The notes: generated from the letters alone by a model not told the origin. 64,000 nt of DNA from Chamaesiphon sp. (GCA_965246715.1 CBDFFH010000021.1:142558-206557); one strand, 5' to 3'; shown: positions 18,882 to 29,584, numbered from the stretch's first letter. Numbers and translations are program-made.

Positions 18882-20798
18882 ATGACTTATCAAGAATTAG
18901 AGATCGATACATCCCACCCAGTATTATCTTGGGCAGGACACGACCTGGCTCAACAAGAAACCCGAATGGCAAAAAATGTTGCCTCACTACCATTCGTATT
19001 TAGGCATGTTGCGTTAATGCCCGACGTTCATCTCGGCAAAGGTGCGTTAGTAGGTTCGGTGATTGCGACTAAAGATGCCATCATCCCAGCGGCTGTCGGT
19101 GTTGACATCGGTTGCTTTGTGGGCGCTACTCTGATTCCGTTAGTTGATGGTAAATCATGTCCGATTGCAGAACTCGCGCAAACGGATGAAGAGTTTATTG
19201 TCTATGCTTGTACTGCTACAGGTAAGATTATTGCTGCAAAAGCAACTGCTAGACTTACCAAGAAAAATGCCGCTTTAATTAAAGTGACATTAGATAATCA
19301 CGAAGAAATTATTTGTACGCCAGATCATCAATTTATGCTCCGCGATGGTAGTTATCAGGAAGCTCAAAACCTGCAACGTGGTGAGTCGCTGATGTCTTTT
19401 TATTCTAAGGTAGATCGAAATGGCGATCTGCTCATCTCCCAGCCAGATTCGGGACTATGGCAACAAGCCCACTCGATCGTTGCTAGAGCTGGATTTTTGA
19501 GTGAGATTCCGCATTTTGCAGGACAAAAAACAGTCATTCATCACCGTGATTGCAAGCAATCCGCTCGTTGTCCAGCGCATCTAGAATTTACGGGGAATAG
19601 AGACTATTCTCCAGATCGTTGTAGTTTAGTCGATCGAGATCGATCTGTAGAGCGAAGTTACATCGGTGATATTTACGAACCGGAACTAAGATCGCTAATT
19701 GGGCGACACAATCAGCGGAAGCAAGAGTATAAATCTAACCACAAGGTTGCATCGATCGAGAGATTAAAGTATGGAGAAAATGTTTACTGCTTGACAGTTC
19801 CAGGCTATAACAATTTTGCTTTATCAGCAGGTGTCTTCGTTCACAATTGCGGGATGACGGCGATTCAGACACCATTTGTCGAAAGTCAACTAGATGGTAA
19901 ACTCAAAAAAATTCGGCTCGATCTCGAAGCCCAAATTCCGGTTGGCTTTGAAGAAAATAAGCAAATTGCTAAAGATGTCACTAATTGGCAAGGCTGGCAA
20001 GATTTTAAAGAATTGCATCGTGGCGTGCGCGGGTTGGAAAATAAAGCCACTCGTCAACTCGGTTCGCTCGGTGGTGGCAATCACTTTATCGAAGTCTGTA
20101 TCGATACCGAACATCAAGTTTGGTTGATGCTGCACTCCGGATCGCGCAATGTGGGCAATAAATTAGCCCAATGCCATATCGATACAGCTAAGGATCTGGC
20201 TAAATTAGCCGAAACTAGTTTACCCGATCGAGACTTGGCTTATTTTGTGGCTGGTACGCCCGAATTTCAAGCCTATTGGCGCGATTTACAATGGGCACAG
20301 GACTATGCCAAAGCCAACCGTGAGGTGATGATGTCGCGCTTTATGCGGGTGATGGAACAACATCTCAATGGTGGTAAGAAGATTAAGCCATTACTGACGA
20401 TCGATTGTCATCATAATTATGCCGAAAAAGAGGTGCATTTTGGTGAGGAAGTGTACGTTACTCGCAAAGGTGCCGTGCGCGCTCGAACGGAAGATTATGG
20501 AATTATTCCTGGCTCGATGGGCGCGAAATCTTATATCGTCAAAGGCAAAGGTAACGCCCAGAGTTTCTGTAGCTGTTCGCACGGTGCTGGCAGAATTATG
20601 TCACGATCGATGGCCAAAAATACCTACACGCTCGACGATTTGATCTCCCAAACTGCTGGTGTAGAATGTCGCAAAGATACCGAATTAATCGATGAAATTC
20701 CGGCTGCTTATAAACCGATCGAGCAAGTAATGACCAACCAATCAGACTTAGTAGAAGTAGTTGCCACACTCAAGCAAGTAGTCTGCATCAAAGGTTGA
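18882..20798 (+). CDS. rtcB: RtcB RNA ligase containing an intein
   Basis: MPDVH, VGVDIG/CGM, GGGNHFIE, HSGSR, HHNY, RKGA, SHGAGR. Confidence 0.95.
   Translation: MTYQELEIDTSHPVLSWAGHDLAQQETRMAKNVASLPFVFRHVALMPDVHLGKGALVGSVIATKDAIIPAAVGVDIGCFVGATLIPLVDGKSCPIAELAQTDEEFIVYACTATGKIIAAKATARLTKKNAALIKVTLDNHEEIICTPDHQFMLRDGSYQEAQNLQRGESLMSFYSKVDRNGDLLISQPDSGLWQQAHSIVARAGFLSEIPHFAGQKTVIHHRDCKQSARCPAHLEFTGNRDYSPDRCSLVDRDRSVERSYIGDIYEPELRSLIGRHNQRKQEYKSNHKVASIERLKYGENVYCLTVPGYNNFALSAGVFVHNCGMTAIQTPFVESQLDGKLKKIRLDLEAQIPVGFEENKQIAKDVTNWQGWQDFKELHRGVRGLENKATRQLGSLGGGNHFIEVCIDTEHQVWLMLHSGSRNVGNKLAQCHIDTAKDLAKLAETSLPDRDLAYFVAGTPEFQAYWRDLQWAQDYAKANREVMMSRFMRVMEQHLNGGKKIKPLLTIDCHHNYAEKEVHFGEEVYVTRKGAVRARTEDYGIIPGSMGAKSYIVKGKGNAQSFCSCSHGAGRIMSRSMAKNTYTLDDLISQTAGVECRKDTELIDEIPAAYKPIEQVMTNQSDLVEVVATLKQVVCIKG
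19113..19847 (+). mobile_element. 245-aa intein in RtcB with a degenerate HNH-like insert
   Basis: Block A CFVGAT, block B CTPDHQF, block F/G VYCLTV...NFAL..GVFVHN|C. Confidence 0.93.
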
Positions 20799-20804
20799 AG
20801 ATCC

Positions 20805-20956
20805 AGGGTACCCACAAGAGGTACCCCTATAGGTTAATTTTGTGGTGTTGCTGAATGGAGGTATGAAACCTTGGGTAGGGGCAATTCATGAATTGCCCCT
20901 ACCCAAGGTTGTAGAGATCGCATAATTGATGAATCATACCTAGAATCAGCAACGCC
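20805..20956. repeat. Cluster of REP-like palindromes and a nested inverted-repeat element
   Basis: Perfect 44-bp palindrome at 20867-20910 (GTAGGGGCAATTCATGAATTGCCCCTAC core) inside outer arms 20844-20866/20934-20956; another hairpin at 20805-20830. Confidence 0.85.
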
Positions 20957-21051
20957 GAAAATCAACCGATCGCTGATAAAAATAGCCGAGGCGATTGCTA
21001 GTATATCCTAGCGATTGCCTCGGCGATGATTAGTGAATATAAAATCAGATT

Positions 21052-22218
21052 TTAGTCCTCTTGTGATGCTATCGCGCTCGATTTTGCAAGCTTGCGTTTG
21101 TGTGTGACGATCGTCACAACCCCAAACGCCGTACAGATAAATGTACCCAAGTAATTTTCAGGTTCGGGGACAGCAGTAGCCGGTGTGTTAAACGCCGCAA
21201 AAGAGACAGCGGAACGATCCCAGCCAACAGCATCGAAGGCGCGGATATCATTAATCGTAAATTGCAACAACTCTCCCGCCGCAGTCACTGGATCCATAAT
21301 GCCTAATGAAGCACTAACTTCCTGCCAGTGTTGTGCCTGACGGCCATCTCCATTGATTACGCCGGTTGCTAAGGAAGCAATTTTTGTCTTGCCACCATCG
21401 AGCGAGAAATATTTGTCAGTGGTACCGACAGTAAAATCGACTGCTGACTCAGCGGTACTATCAGTAGAATACCGGAATAAGTCTAGGGGCACAAGACTAT
21501 AATCGCTCGCTTTCAATTTACCCCCACTGGCATCTAGTGCATCGACAGCACTATTAAAACCTAATGCGTGACCGATTTCATGTGCGGCAACCCCAACAAA
21601 ATCATAGTGCCCCGCCGCAATATTTACACCATAATCCCAAATATATCCAGTATCATTAAGCGAAATTGTCGCATCGACGATCGGCTGATTGGTAGTTGGG
21701 TCGATTGGTGCAGTAGTGATGAGCTTTAGTGCTTTGGCATTGGCAGTCGTCATGGCCACCCGATCTCCACTAGTAACATATGTAGTTGTGCTACCAGCTC
21801 CGTTAGGATTATCGCTGGTATAGTTAGTTCGTTTTTGATAAGCTCCGTTACTGGAGATGGAGAGACTTGCGACAGCATTATTGTCATCTGTCGATGTTTT
21901 GTCTGTATTGAGAGCAGCGTAAACATCACTATAGTTAAAATACCCAGATGCCAGATTAGCAACGCCCAAAGTGCCTGCACCGATATCTGTAAAATTAATC
22001 TTGATATTGAGGGTAACGGGATCGGTAAACCATGTAGACCATAAATTTCCAGCTTCTTGAAATCCTAGATATTGCTGACTAGTCGTAGTAATTCCAGTTC
22101 CAGCGATAAAGTTGAATGTCAGAGCAGTGGCAGGTGTAACAGCACCACTGCCGATCGCACTCAAGACTATTCCCGTCATCATTACAAGTCGCTGGAGTTC
22201 TCTACGGCAGATTTTCAT
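21052..22218 (-). CDS. Secreted PEP-CTERM zinc metalloprotease (NF038122-like)
   Basis: Signal peptide ending A-T-A, HEIGHALGF, PLDLFRYS, C-terminal VPEP + hydrophobic segment + KRK. Confidence 0.88.
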   Translation of the reverse strand: MKICRRELQRLVMMTGIVLSAIGSGAVTPATALTFNFIAGTGITTTSQQYLGFQEAGNLWSTWFTDPVTLNIKINFTDIGAGTLGVANLASGYFNYSDVYAALNTDKTSTDDNNAVASLSISSNGAYQKRTNYTSDNPNGAGSTTTYVTSGDRVAMTTANAKALKLITTAPIDPTTNQPIVDATISLNDTGYIWDYGVNIAAGHYDFVGVAAHEIGHALGFNSAVDALDASGGKLKASDYSLVPLDLFRYSTDSTAESAVDFTVGTTDKYFSLDGGKTKIASLATGVINGDGRQAQHWQEVSASLGIMDPVTAAGELLQFTINDIRAFDAVGWDRSAVSFAAFNTPATAVPEPENYLGTFICTAFGVVTIVTHKRKLAKSSAIASQED

Positions 22219-22328
22219 GGGCTGTAGTCTAAGATAATTTAGTAGTCTTCATTAATTATCCGATCGAAATGACAAACATACCATCGTAATAATACGCGAT
22301 TTTTAATAGCTGTACTCGTAAAAACACG

Positions 22329-22360
22329 CAAAAAACGCGGTGGCCGAATGGCTACCGCGA
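22329..22360 (-). terminator. Intrinsic terminator after hli
   Basis: CGCGGTGGCC-GAAT-GGCTACCGCG stem with a T run on the minus strand. Confidence 0.65.
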
Positions 22361-22409
22361 GGAAAAAAGATAAGAAAAACTGTGATGGAGCGATCGTGCT
22401 AACTCGAAA

Positions 22410-22619
22410 CTACAGATTGGCGATGAAGCCGACGATACCATGTCCGGTCAAAACTTCTTGAATTAATAGCGCGACGAACCCAATCATTGCCATGCGACCG
22501 TTAAGTTTCTCAGCATAGTCAGTCCAGCCAGCTTGAGGCCCATCTGTAACGTACATTTTTGGCTCGATCGCAAAATTATTTTCTCTGCCGTCGTTATCGA
22601 TAAAAATTTTGTTTTGCAT
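22410..22619 (-). CDS. hli: High-light-inducible protein (HLIP/SCP)
   Basis: [10 protein letters not shown] and [13 protein letters not shown] chlorophyll-binding motif. Confidence 0.95.
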   Translation of the reverse strand: MQNKIFIDNDGRENNFAIEPKMYVTDGPQAGWTDYAEKLNGRMAMIGFVALLIQEVLTGHGIVGFIANL

Positions 22620-22658
22620 GGCTGTGTTCCTGAGCAGTTATTTTTATAATTGTTTCGC

Positions 22659-22676
22659 TATGTAAACTAATATAAC
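22659..22676 (-). promoter_or_regulatory. HLR1 (RpaB-binding) element upstream of hli
   Basis: Minus strand GTTATATT-AG-TTTACATA fits (G/T)TTACA(T/A)(T/A)-N2 repeat with one mismatch. Confidence 0.65.
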
Positions 22677-22837
22677 AGAAGCTTTACATAAAAGCAAGCT
22701 TTGTTTACAAATAAACTATTGGGTGGGTCAGCGCAACCGCCAAACAGGTTTGCTAGCAGTGTCAGCCCGAGCGTTGAAGGTGTCAGCCCAGACGATCCTG
22801 CTAGCCTTGACCGTAATTTCATTCCACCTGGGTTATG

Positions 22838-23719
22838 TCATTGAGTGTGCCAAGGTTGTAAATATTGCTTTAATGTAGTTTTTGTTTTTACTGAAATCTT
22901 GTTGCCCTCTGGGTTTACGCTGCCGTCAATTACTGCTGTGGTCATTTCAATGAAATTCTCGATCGCATTCTGCGTGAAGCCAATGCTTGCTAATTGCTGT
23001 TCCCAGTTGGCTCTTGGCGTTTGACGGGCCTCAACTTTGCGCCCCAGAATTTCGCCCATAGTTTCAGCAACATCGATCGAGCTATACCATTGGGGGCTTT
23101 CTAATTCATAGATTGGCGAATCTTCGATCGGTTCGACGATCGTATCAGCTAAAAATTCTGCTACATCTACCGGCGATGTCATGGGGATCTTTAGATCTAC
23201 AGGGTAAAAAGTTGGTAATAACCCTTGCTCCTTTACCGGATCCAAATAGGGTAGCCAGTTGCTGTAAAAGTAAGCAGGACGGACAAAAATTTGCTGTGCT
23301 TGTAGTCCTGTAAAAGCCCGTTCGAGCATAGCCGACATCTTCAGATTACCAGCTTGAGATTGTGCCCCGATCGAGGATAAGCCTACTATTTTCTCAATCT
23401 GCGATGACTCGATCGCCGCTCTGTAGTTATCCAAAATAGTTTGCGTATCGCCGATTACATCATTGGAACTTCCGGTTTCTGGTGTAAGCACAAACACCGC
23501 ACTACCATCTTTAAATGCTGAATGTAATGCATGCAAGTCAAACGCGTCAGCCACCGCTACCAGTGCCCCTTTGTGTCGGAGTTCGTCGGCTTTTTTTGGG
23601 TTATGGATGACTGCTTTTATAGGTTTGTTTTGTTTGAGTAATCGATCGACTATTGCCGAACCAACTTGTCCGGTTGCTCCTAAGATGATATTCATAATTT
23701 TTAGGTTCCAGTGATTCAA
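22838..23719 (-). CDS. NmrA-like NAD(P)H-binding protein
   Basis: IILGATGQVGS Rossmann motif, LSSIGA, RPAYFYSN. Confidence 0.88.
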   Translation of the reverse strand: MNHWNLKIMNIILGATGQVGSAIVDRLLKQNKPIKAVIHNPKKADELRHKGALVAVADAFDLHALHSAFKDGSAVFVLTPETGSSNDVIGDTQTILDNYRAAIESSQIEKIVGLSSIGAQSQAGNLKMSAMLERAFTGLQAQQIFVRPAYFYSNWLPYLDPVKEQGLLPTFYPVDLKIPMTSPVDVAEFLADTIVEPIEDSPIYELESPQWYSSIDVAETMGEILGRKVEARQTPRANWEQQLASIGFTQNAIENFIEMTTAVIDGSVNPEGNKISVKTKTTLKQYLQPWHTQ

Positions 23720-23787
23720 GCCTCTAAACTGCTACTGAATGCAACTCAAGTCAAGCTGTGACCGATCCCTACCTTCTGGCGCTCCTG

Positions 23788-23916
23788 TTAGTCGATCGCA
23801 TAGGTATCTACCACAAAAAACGGTGATTGTGGTTGCTCTGCAAACTCTGGCTGCGGATACTGCTTGAGCGGATCTTGGATCGCATATTGATTCTTGGTCG
23901 TAGTCACGTTGTTCAT
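23788..23916 (-). pseudogene. Probable N-terminal remnant of a YghA-like short-chain dehydrogenase
   Basis: Reads MNNVTTTKNQYAIQDPLKQYPQPEFAEQPQSP and then stops; resembles the QDP..QYP.P.F..QPQ leader of stress SDRs. Confidence 0.4.
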
Positions 23917-23952
23917 GGGTCGATGGTGAGATGAATGTTGAGATCTACGGTA

Positions 23953-24462
23953 CTATTGCAAATCGACTTTGGCGTGCTCGGTGGAATTGTCTGGCTCACC
24001 AATAGTTGCCGCTTTGACAAAACCTACGGCTTTGGCCACCCAACTGGCGGGGGCATCCCAGTACTCAGCATTGGTAGCGGTTACTTTGAGTAGGGCGATA
24101 TCGGGTTCGTCGAGTTCCTGAGGAAACCAGGCTTTGAGTTCTGGCTTCCAGCGTTGTTGCATTTGGGCGCGATCTTTGACCAGTTCTGCGGTGCCACAGA
24201 TGGATACATAGCACTGTTTGTCGGGTGCTGCGAAGCTGACGTTGACGTGGTTATTTTTGTTTACTTCGGTCACTTTATGCGAACTACCGTAAGTAAAAAA
24301 CCACATGTCGCAATTTGCTTCGATTTCGCCATTGATAGCCATCGGACGGCTCCGCAGACAGCCATCATCATCGAGGGTCGTCAACATGCAGAAGTCGATA
24401 TCTTTAATCAGGTCGCGGATTTTGTCGATCGATTGATTCTTGTTATCGGTTGTAGTTGTCAT
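23953..24462 (-). CDS. Pyridoxamine 5'-phosphate oxidase-like general stress protein 26
   Basis: CMLTT...LRSRPM, WFFT, W.P.LKAWFP, AEYWD. Confidence 0.9.
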   Translation of the reverse strand: MTTTTDNKNQSIDKIRDLIKDIDFCMLTTLDDDGCLRSRPMAINGEIEANCDMWFFTYGSSHKVTEVNKNNHVNVSFAAPDKQCYVSICGTAELVKDRAQMQQRWKPELKAWFPQELDEPDIALLKVTATNAEYWDAPASWVAKAVGFVKAATIGEPDNSTEHAKVDLQ

Positions 24463-24736
24463 TAGTTTGAGTCCTGATGTTAGGTGTATATACTGCGTTA
24501 TCGCTTCGATTTAGATGGTTTTGGGGTAACTTAGATCTTGCGCTGTTGAGCTGGGTTAGGTTCGGGTTTTCGATCGGTTAGTAAAGCGGGTGGCAGCACC
24601 TCGGTACCCATTGCGGCAGCGATTTCGGCAGGGATACGATCGAACTTGCCTTTGGACGGGGTGACGGGATTTATCATGCTGTCTAGATCGTTATTTTGCA
24701 ACATTGTTTAGCTTCTAGTTAATTCAATGTGGATGG

Positions 24737-25114
24737 CTAGCGATGGTCGATGGAGTCGTAGGTGCCGCCAAATAAGCGATCGTGAATCATTTCACTCCCC
24801 AAAAAGTCATGCGGGAAACCCAGTTCGATCTGACTGACTCGATCGAGTTTTTGCAATTGTTCTGGGGATAGGCTTACTTCCAGGCACTTGAGGTTGTCTT
24901 GAAGTTGCTCTAGTTTGCTCGCACCCAGAATCGGAATCATTTGGGAACTCTGAGCGCGAATCCAGGCTAAGGCGATTTGAGCGGAGGAGCAGCCATGGCA
25001 TTGGCGGCGGGTATCTTTTGGTGCACCCCAGCCCCAATCTTCACCAAAAGTTATCGTGCCCAAACACAGTTCGGAGACGCGCAATCCACTCTTACCTGGT
25101 AACTTATACCGCAT
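24737..25114 (-). pseudogene. Aldo/keto reductase with a large in-frame internal deletion
   Basis: AKR N-terminus (SGLRVSELCLGT.TFGEDWGWG) is joined directly to the C-terminus (AQIALAW..PILGA..LGFPHDF); only 125 aa. Confidence 0.85.
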
Positions 25115-25725
25115 CTTGATAATTTCCTAATTGGGATTTATTACCGGAGGAGCTGCAAAATTAATTAACTACTTCTTCCTCCTTATGCCTATCAAGACCT
25201 TCGGCTTGGCGATCTAGCCTGACTTGGTACGAATTTTCCTTCGATAAAGTCTCCAATTATTACTGGAGCTTGCTGGTATTATAAATATCTCGATAGCTGT
25301 CATAACATCTGTCGATCGAGATATAGACAGATTAAATACCGACCGATCGCCAAAAAAAATCGATCGCGCTGAGGCAACAATCTTGGCGTGTTCCGCGCTC
25401 GAACTGGATTGTCTGCCTCGTTAACACAAGTTAAACAAATTCGCGTCTTAGATTCTGCCGATCGTCGAATACTTTACTAAAAGACAGAGCCAGAAATACC
25501 TCAAAGTTTCTCTGGCTCTAGGCTCTTGCTGGCTTTCAATTTCTGGCGAGTGGCCACTTTTAGATTCCAATACTGAAACTTAGTTATACCAATGCATAAC
25601 CACAGCATGAGTATTTCAGACTTTGATGGTGCCAGCGTTAAGTTCTAATGTGGTCGACTACACCTTCAAATCACAAAAGGGAACAATCGATCGATCCCTC
25701 CCTTGCTATTCCATGACCGCGATTA

Positions 25726-26370
25726 TTATTGCCTCGCCCAATTAGTAGCTGCCCAAATCCGAATGAATAACACCGCTGATACTAGCGCACCCAATCCCCA
25801 CTTGACAGAATTTTTAATTAAAGCCGTCTTTTGACTACTCTTGGTAATTGAAGCGCGATCTTTCAAATTTTTCTCTGCTGTAGCCGCATCTTGCAATAGT
25901 TTAGATTTGAAAATTTGTGGATCTGTACCTGCTGCCTTATTACTCTTCATCAATGCCTCAATTTGGGCGGCTGGTGCTTTTTCAACTTGTGCTTGAATCT
26001 GTTGAAGCTTAGTTATTTCCGGATTGTATTGTGCGTTTATTTGCTCTTGACCGCGATCGTTAAGTCCGGGGAAGGTAATAAATAAGATTACCAACAAGAC
26101 TAAATAAAACACCCCGGTCAATAACGATATCCAAGATAATGCTTTAAGTGCGAGTAGCTCTCTTTTCTTGCGAGCTTCATTATTGCCATAAAAAACCATG
26201 GCAAAGCCAATCAGCGGCACGGCCGAGCGTTCTACAAATCCACCAGCAGTTTGAAACTGCCACCCAGGATTACTAAACTGAGGTGGAATGAACGCGCTAA
26301 TCACATCAAACAAAGTTAGGATCAATAATCCATAACCAACGAGCCGAAATAAAAATACAACAGAAGTCAT
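25726..26370 (-). CDS. HpsJ-like membrane protein associated with cyanoexosortase
   Basis: PPQFSNP.WQFQ..G.FVER..VPLIG; transmembrane segments; operon context. Confidence 0.75.
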   Translation of the reverse strand: MTSVVFLFRLVGYGLLILTLFDVISAFIPPQFSNPGWQFQTAGGFVERSAVPLIGFAMVFYGNNEARKKRELLALKALSWISLLTGVFYLVLLVILFITFPGLNDRGQEQINAQYNPEITKLQQIQAQVEKAPAAQIEALMKSNKAAGTDPQIFKSKLLQDAATAEKNLKDRASITKSSQKTALIKNSVKWGLGALVSAVLFIRIWAATNWARQ

Positions 26371-26426
26371 TTAGGATAGCCTTTTAATATAACCGAAGAG
26401 TGGAAAGGTTTAGTGAGCAATTTCTT

Positions 26427-27200
26427 CTACGCTGCTGGAAAATGAACTTGCCACCAATGTATCCATGTCACCCCGATCGTTTCTAACGTTTTCATAGTAA
26501 CATCCGGTGTCGCGCGATCGATCGGTGTCGATAATACCGTCCAGACACAACGACTATCTCGCAATGTTTGTTGGCCTAACAACCATGGCAACAACCGCTT
26601 TACAGATAGGCTGCTTAAAGGATTGGGGTTGCTATTGGTGTGAAATCGATCCGCCGCTACTGTCGTTATCCCCTGGGGATTGATACACGTACTGAAATAA
26701 GCTCTTTCCTTATGAACGAATAAGCTGTAGTCACCAACATTTGGCTGTTGCTTGGTCGTCGTCGACAGCAGGACGGTATCCGGAACATCAGTAAATGCTG
26801 GCAGCAGTCGTTCCATTGCTGGTGGATTGGCCACCCCATCGGTGATATAGCGAACTTGAATGTCGATCGGTTGTGATTGCTGCTGATAGCGATAGCGATA
26901 TTGTCGCCCGATCGCCACTGTTTTATTCGGGAATTGATGATCCGGTAACGATTTACTCTCGATCTGCTGTAAATCGGTCAAGGATGTGGGTTGGGGAAAA
27001 TTTAGCGAGTTCGTGTTGCGCAGATTTGATTTAGTCGGATTGTTAACAATCGCACAGCCGAGTGCACCGATCGTGCTACAACACAGTAGCGACAACCAAG
27101 ATTGACGGGCGATGGTAGTAATTATGCTTCTAGTCACGATCGAGATTCTGGCTCCTCTTGCTCTGGTGGTCGAACGGTAAAGACTTGAATTAATACCCAC
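26427..27200 (-). CDS. Cyanoexosortase A system-associated protein (true start probably downstream of 27200)
   Basis: YFSTCINPQG.TT, WLLGQ..LRD.RC.W, W..W C-terminus; follows the exosortase. Confidence 0.82.
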   Translation of the reverse strand: MGINSSLYRSTTRARGARISIVTRSIITTIARQSWLSLLCCSTIGALGCAIVNNPTKSNLRNTNSLNFPQPTSLTDLQQIESKSLPDHQFPNKTVAIGRQYRYRYQQQSQPIDIQVRYITDGVANPPAMERLLPAFTDVPDTVLLSTTTKQQPNVGDYSLFVHKERAYFSTCINPQGITTVAADRFHTNSNPNPLSSLSVKRLLPWLLGQQTLRDSRCVWTVLSTPIDRATPDVTMKTLETIGVTWIHWWQVHFPAA

Positions 27201-28006
27201 ACGAGGAGTACTAGCAGCAGTGTAGAAATCACGGAAAACACTAGTGAACCCGAGCCTTCGTGCCAGTAATCAAATGCAGCAATCTGTTTTTGAGATACCA
27301 AAATTGCCATCAATGCTACACGGAGCGAATTTACCACAAAACCGATCGCTACAGCAGCGATCGGTAAAATTAATTTTTGATGCCGTTTCCACGGTAAGGG
27401 GAGAAGTGTCAAAAATAGCACTGACATCCCCAATAACTGTGCCATGGCAACCACGCCAGAACAGCCACTGTAAACCTGAACGTTTCCTCCTGGTAGTTGG
27501 AGATAAATGCCGTTTTGGGTGACAGGAAAACCGGCATACCAAAGGAATGAACTAGCAAATTGGGCGGTAATTGGCGAGGGATCGGTAAGTTTTGATAATA
27601 CTACTTCCGGAATGCCTAAGAAAAATAGCAACACTAACTCTCGCCCGTAAATTTTCAAGCCTCGAAAGCCGGAGGCAATTAAAGCTAACGAGATCCCAGC
27701 AATAAATGGATAACCAATCAGAAAGGATTGCTCGCAGTAACCAATACTTTTAAGTAACAACAGTAATAGTAATAAACCGCCGCATAAGCTTGCTACCACT
27801 CCAGTCTCGAACTTTAATTGGGTGTGGCGCTCCCAAATTAGATGAGCTGCAGTTGCCCAAAATAGCAAACTGGTGATTTGACGATCGGGACTACATATTT
27901 TATAAACAAGGGTCAGCTGGATGGCAATAACAGCAGCACTTAATACTAAGAGTAAAAAATGTGGCGTTGTCAGCGAATTGCGGAGGAGAAAATCCTGTTG
28001 TTTCAT
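27134..28006 (-). CDS. crtA: Cyanoexosortase A
   Basis: Multi-TM protein with VYSGCSG, NSLRV and FDYWH.G.GS catalytic motifs. Confidence 0.9.
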   Translation of the reverse strand: MKQQDFLLRNSLTTPHFLLLVLSAAVIAIQLTLVYKICSPDRQITSLLFWATAAHLIWERHTQLKFETGVVASLCGGLLLLLLLLKSIGYCEQSFLIGYPFIAGISLALIASGFRGLKIYGRELVLLFFLGIPEVVLSKLTDPSPITAQFASSFLWYAGFPVTQNGIYLQLPGGNVQVYSGCSGVVAMAQLLGMSVLFLTLLPLPWKRHQKLILPIAAVAIGFVVNSLRVALMAILVSQKQIAAFDYWHEGSGSLVFSVISTLLLVLLVWVLIQVFTVRPPEQEEPESRS

Positions 28007-28437
28007 ACTTTAGATAGATTGTGTCTATGTGTCGTGCTCCCGATCGACAGCACGGATGTGAGGTAAACGTTACCCATTCACAAATAAATCGATTTGGGTA
28101 TGCGAAAACTGCCAATCTAAGTATTACCCATCTTGGTTAAAATCTTCGATCTTTTTGAGCTAAATTTTGGTGCGCGAACATCTCGATCTTTACTACAGCC
28201 ACAGAGAATTACCCGCTCGTTAATCCCCTCTCGATCGCGATCTTACGCTGAAGCGCTCGCTTCACAGATCGAGTTAAAATTGGCAACCGAGGATCATGCT
28301 AGCATTGTGAACCGATGCAGAGTTGCCAGACAATTCGCGCACGCGGTTTAACCGAGCTACCGAGCGACATGTACTTCGGATTATCGAAGTATAGGCTTTG
28401 TAGTACAAGCAGCGGTTGCAACCGCTGCGAGATTAGG

Positions 28438-29097
28438 TTATTTATTGTTCACTCCCAGACCAGTTTGACCGAAGGTATCGAGTACGATTTGACAATTATG
28501 CTGTGTCGATCGATCGACCGTGGGCGGCGCGATGGGGTCGCAGGTGTAACTACCGATCCTAAATTTTTGGGAATTGCAAATTTTTAAGTTGTAGCCGTAG
28601 CTTTGAGCCACACGACCGAACCGATCGAGCGTCCGATAGCGTTCGAGATAATCTAAACCATTCCAGGATTGGGTATTTACTAATAAATAAACTTGATGTT
28701 GACGGCGATCGGCAATCCAGTTTGTAACTAATTTTGCTGAAAATTCTTCACTCGTCCACCACAAACTCGGGAGCGTCATTCCCTTCGCGGAGACTGTATC
28801 TGCGGTAACGATATTATCATCGGCACCGCGATCGCTTGACTTTAATAAACTGAGATCGACCTCACAAATTTCTGGTGTAGATAAGTCAGCATTTTGCTGA
28901 GACAAGGCCATAGGTATCCCACCAAGAGTTAGGGCTAGACCGATACCACAGCCGATCGAGCTAGATTGTAATTTATTTAACCAGCCGAGCCGCTGGATCG
29001 GTCGAACAGCTTGGGTACCGCTGGCAATTATTTTGGATGATAATAACAGATAGATAATACAATCGTCTGTTAATTTATTTACAAATTGTCTAACCAT
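28438..29097 (-). CDS. Conserved cyanobacterial hypothetical protein (start uncertain)
   Basis: TADTVS...T.PSLWW, L.VN.Q.W..LDYLERY...FG..A..YGYNL. Confidence 0.7.
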   Translation of the reverse strand: MVRQFVNKLTDDCIIYLLLSSKIIASGTQAVRPIQRLGWLNKLQSSSIGCGIGLALTLGGIPMALSQQNADLSTPEICEVDLSLLKSSDRGADDNIVTADTVSAKGMTLPSLWWTSEEFSAKLVTNWIADRRQHQVYLLVNTQSWNGLDYLERYRTLDRFGRVAQSYGYNLKICNSQKFRIGSYTCDPIAPPTVDRSTQHNCQIVLDTFGQTGLGVNNK

Positions 29098-29542
29098 GGT
29101 AGCTCAACTTTTTGATGGTGCTAATTTATTCGTCCTACCATTCTGGACTTTAATCATTTTTCTCCCTAATTGGGATGTTACTGGTAAAGTAATTCGCTCG
29201 CCGTTGCCATTTATCGCCTTATCGGGATTGTATATTTATCTGCTCGTTGTGGCCATCACCCCCGAATCAGCTCAAGCACTTGCCAATCCTAAATTGGCCG
29301 ATATCGCGCGCTTTTTTGCCGATGAGGGTGCAGCCGCAGTCGGGTGGGTACATTTTCTGGTGATGGATTTATTTGTCGGACGCTGGATTTATCTCGAAGG
29401 GCAACGTACTGGGGTCTTTACCGCTCACTCGCTGGTATTTTGCCTGTTCTTTGGGCCGATCGGTTTATTATCGCATCTACTCACTGGCGCGATCGCCGAT
29501 CGATTTGGTAAAACCAACCACGCGAATCCAGCAGAGGGATAG
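29096..29542 (+). CDS. ABA4-like (DUF4281) membrane protein
   Basis: LPFW..IIFLPNW, GWVHFLVMDLFVGRWIY, FGPIGLLSH. Confidence 0.9.
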   Translation: MVAQLFDGANLFVLPFWTLIIFLPNWDVTGKVIRSPLPFIALSGLYIYLLVVAITPESAQALANPKLADIARFFADEGAAAVGWVHFLVMDLFVGRWIYLEGQRTGVFTAHSLVFCLFFGPIGLLSHLLTGAIADRFGKTNHANPAEG

Positions 29543-29584
29543 CTGCGCCATTACTTGATGTCTATCTAGGGAGATTGGGGTTGT

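Noticed and set aside
24531..24677. 48-aa minus-strand ORF upstream of the stress protein gene
   Set aside because: No recognisable motif; cannot be supported from sequence alone
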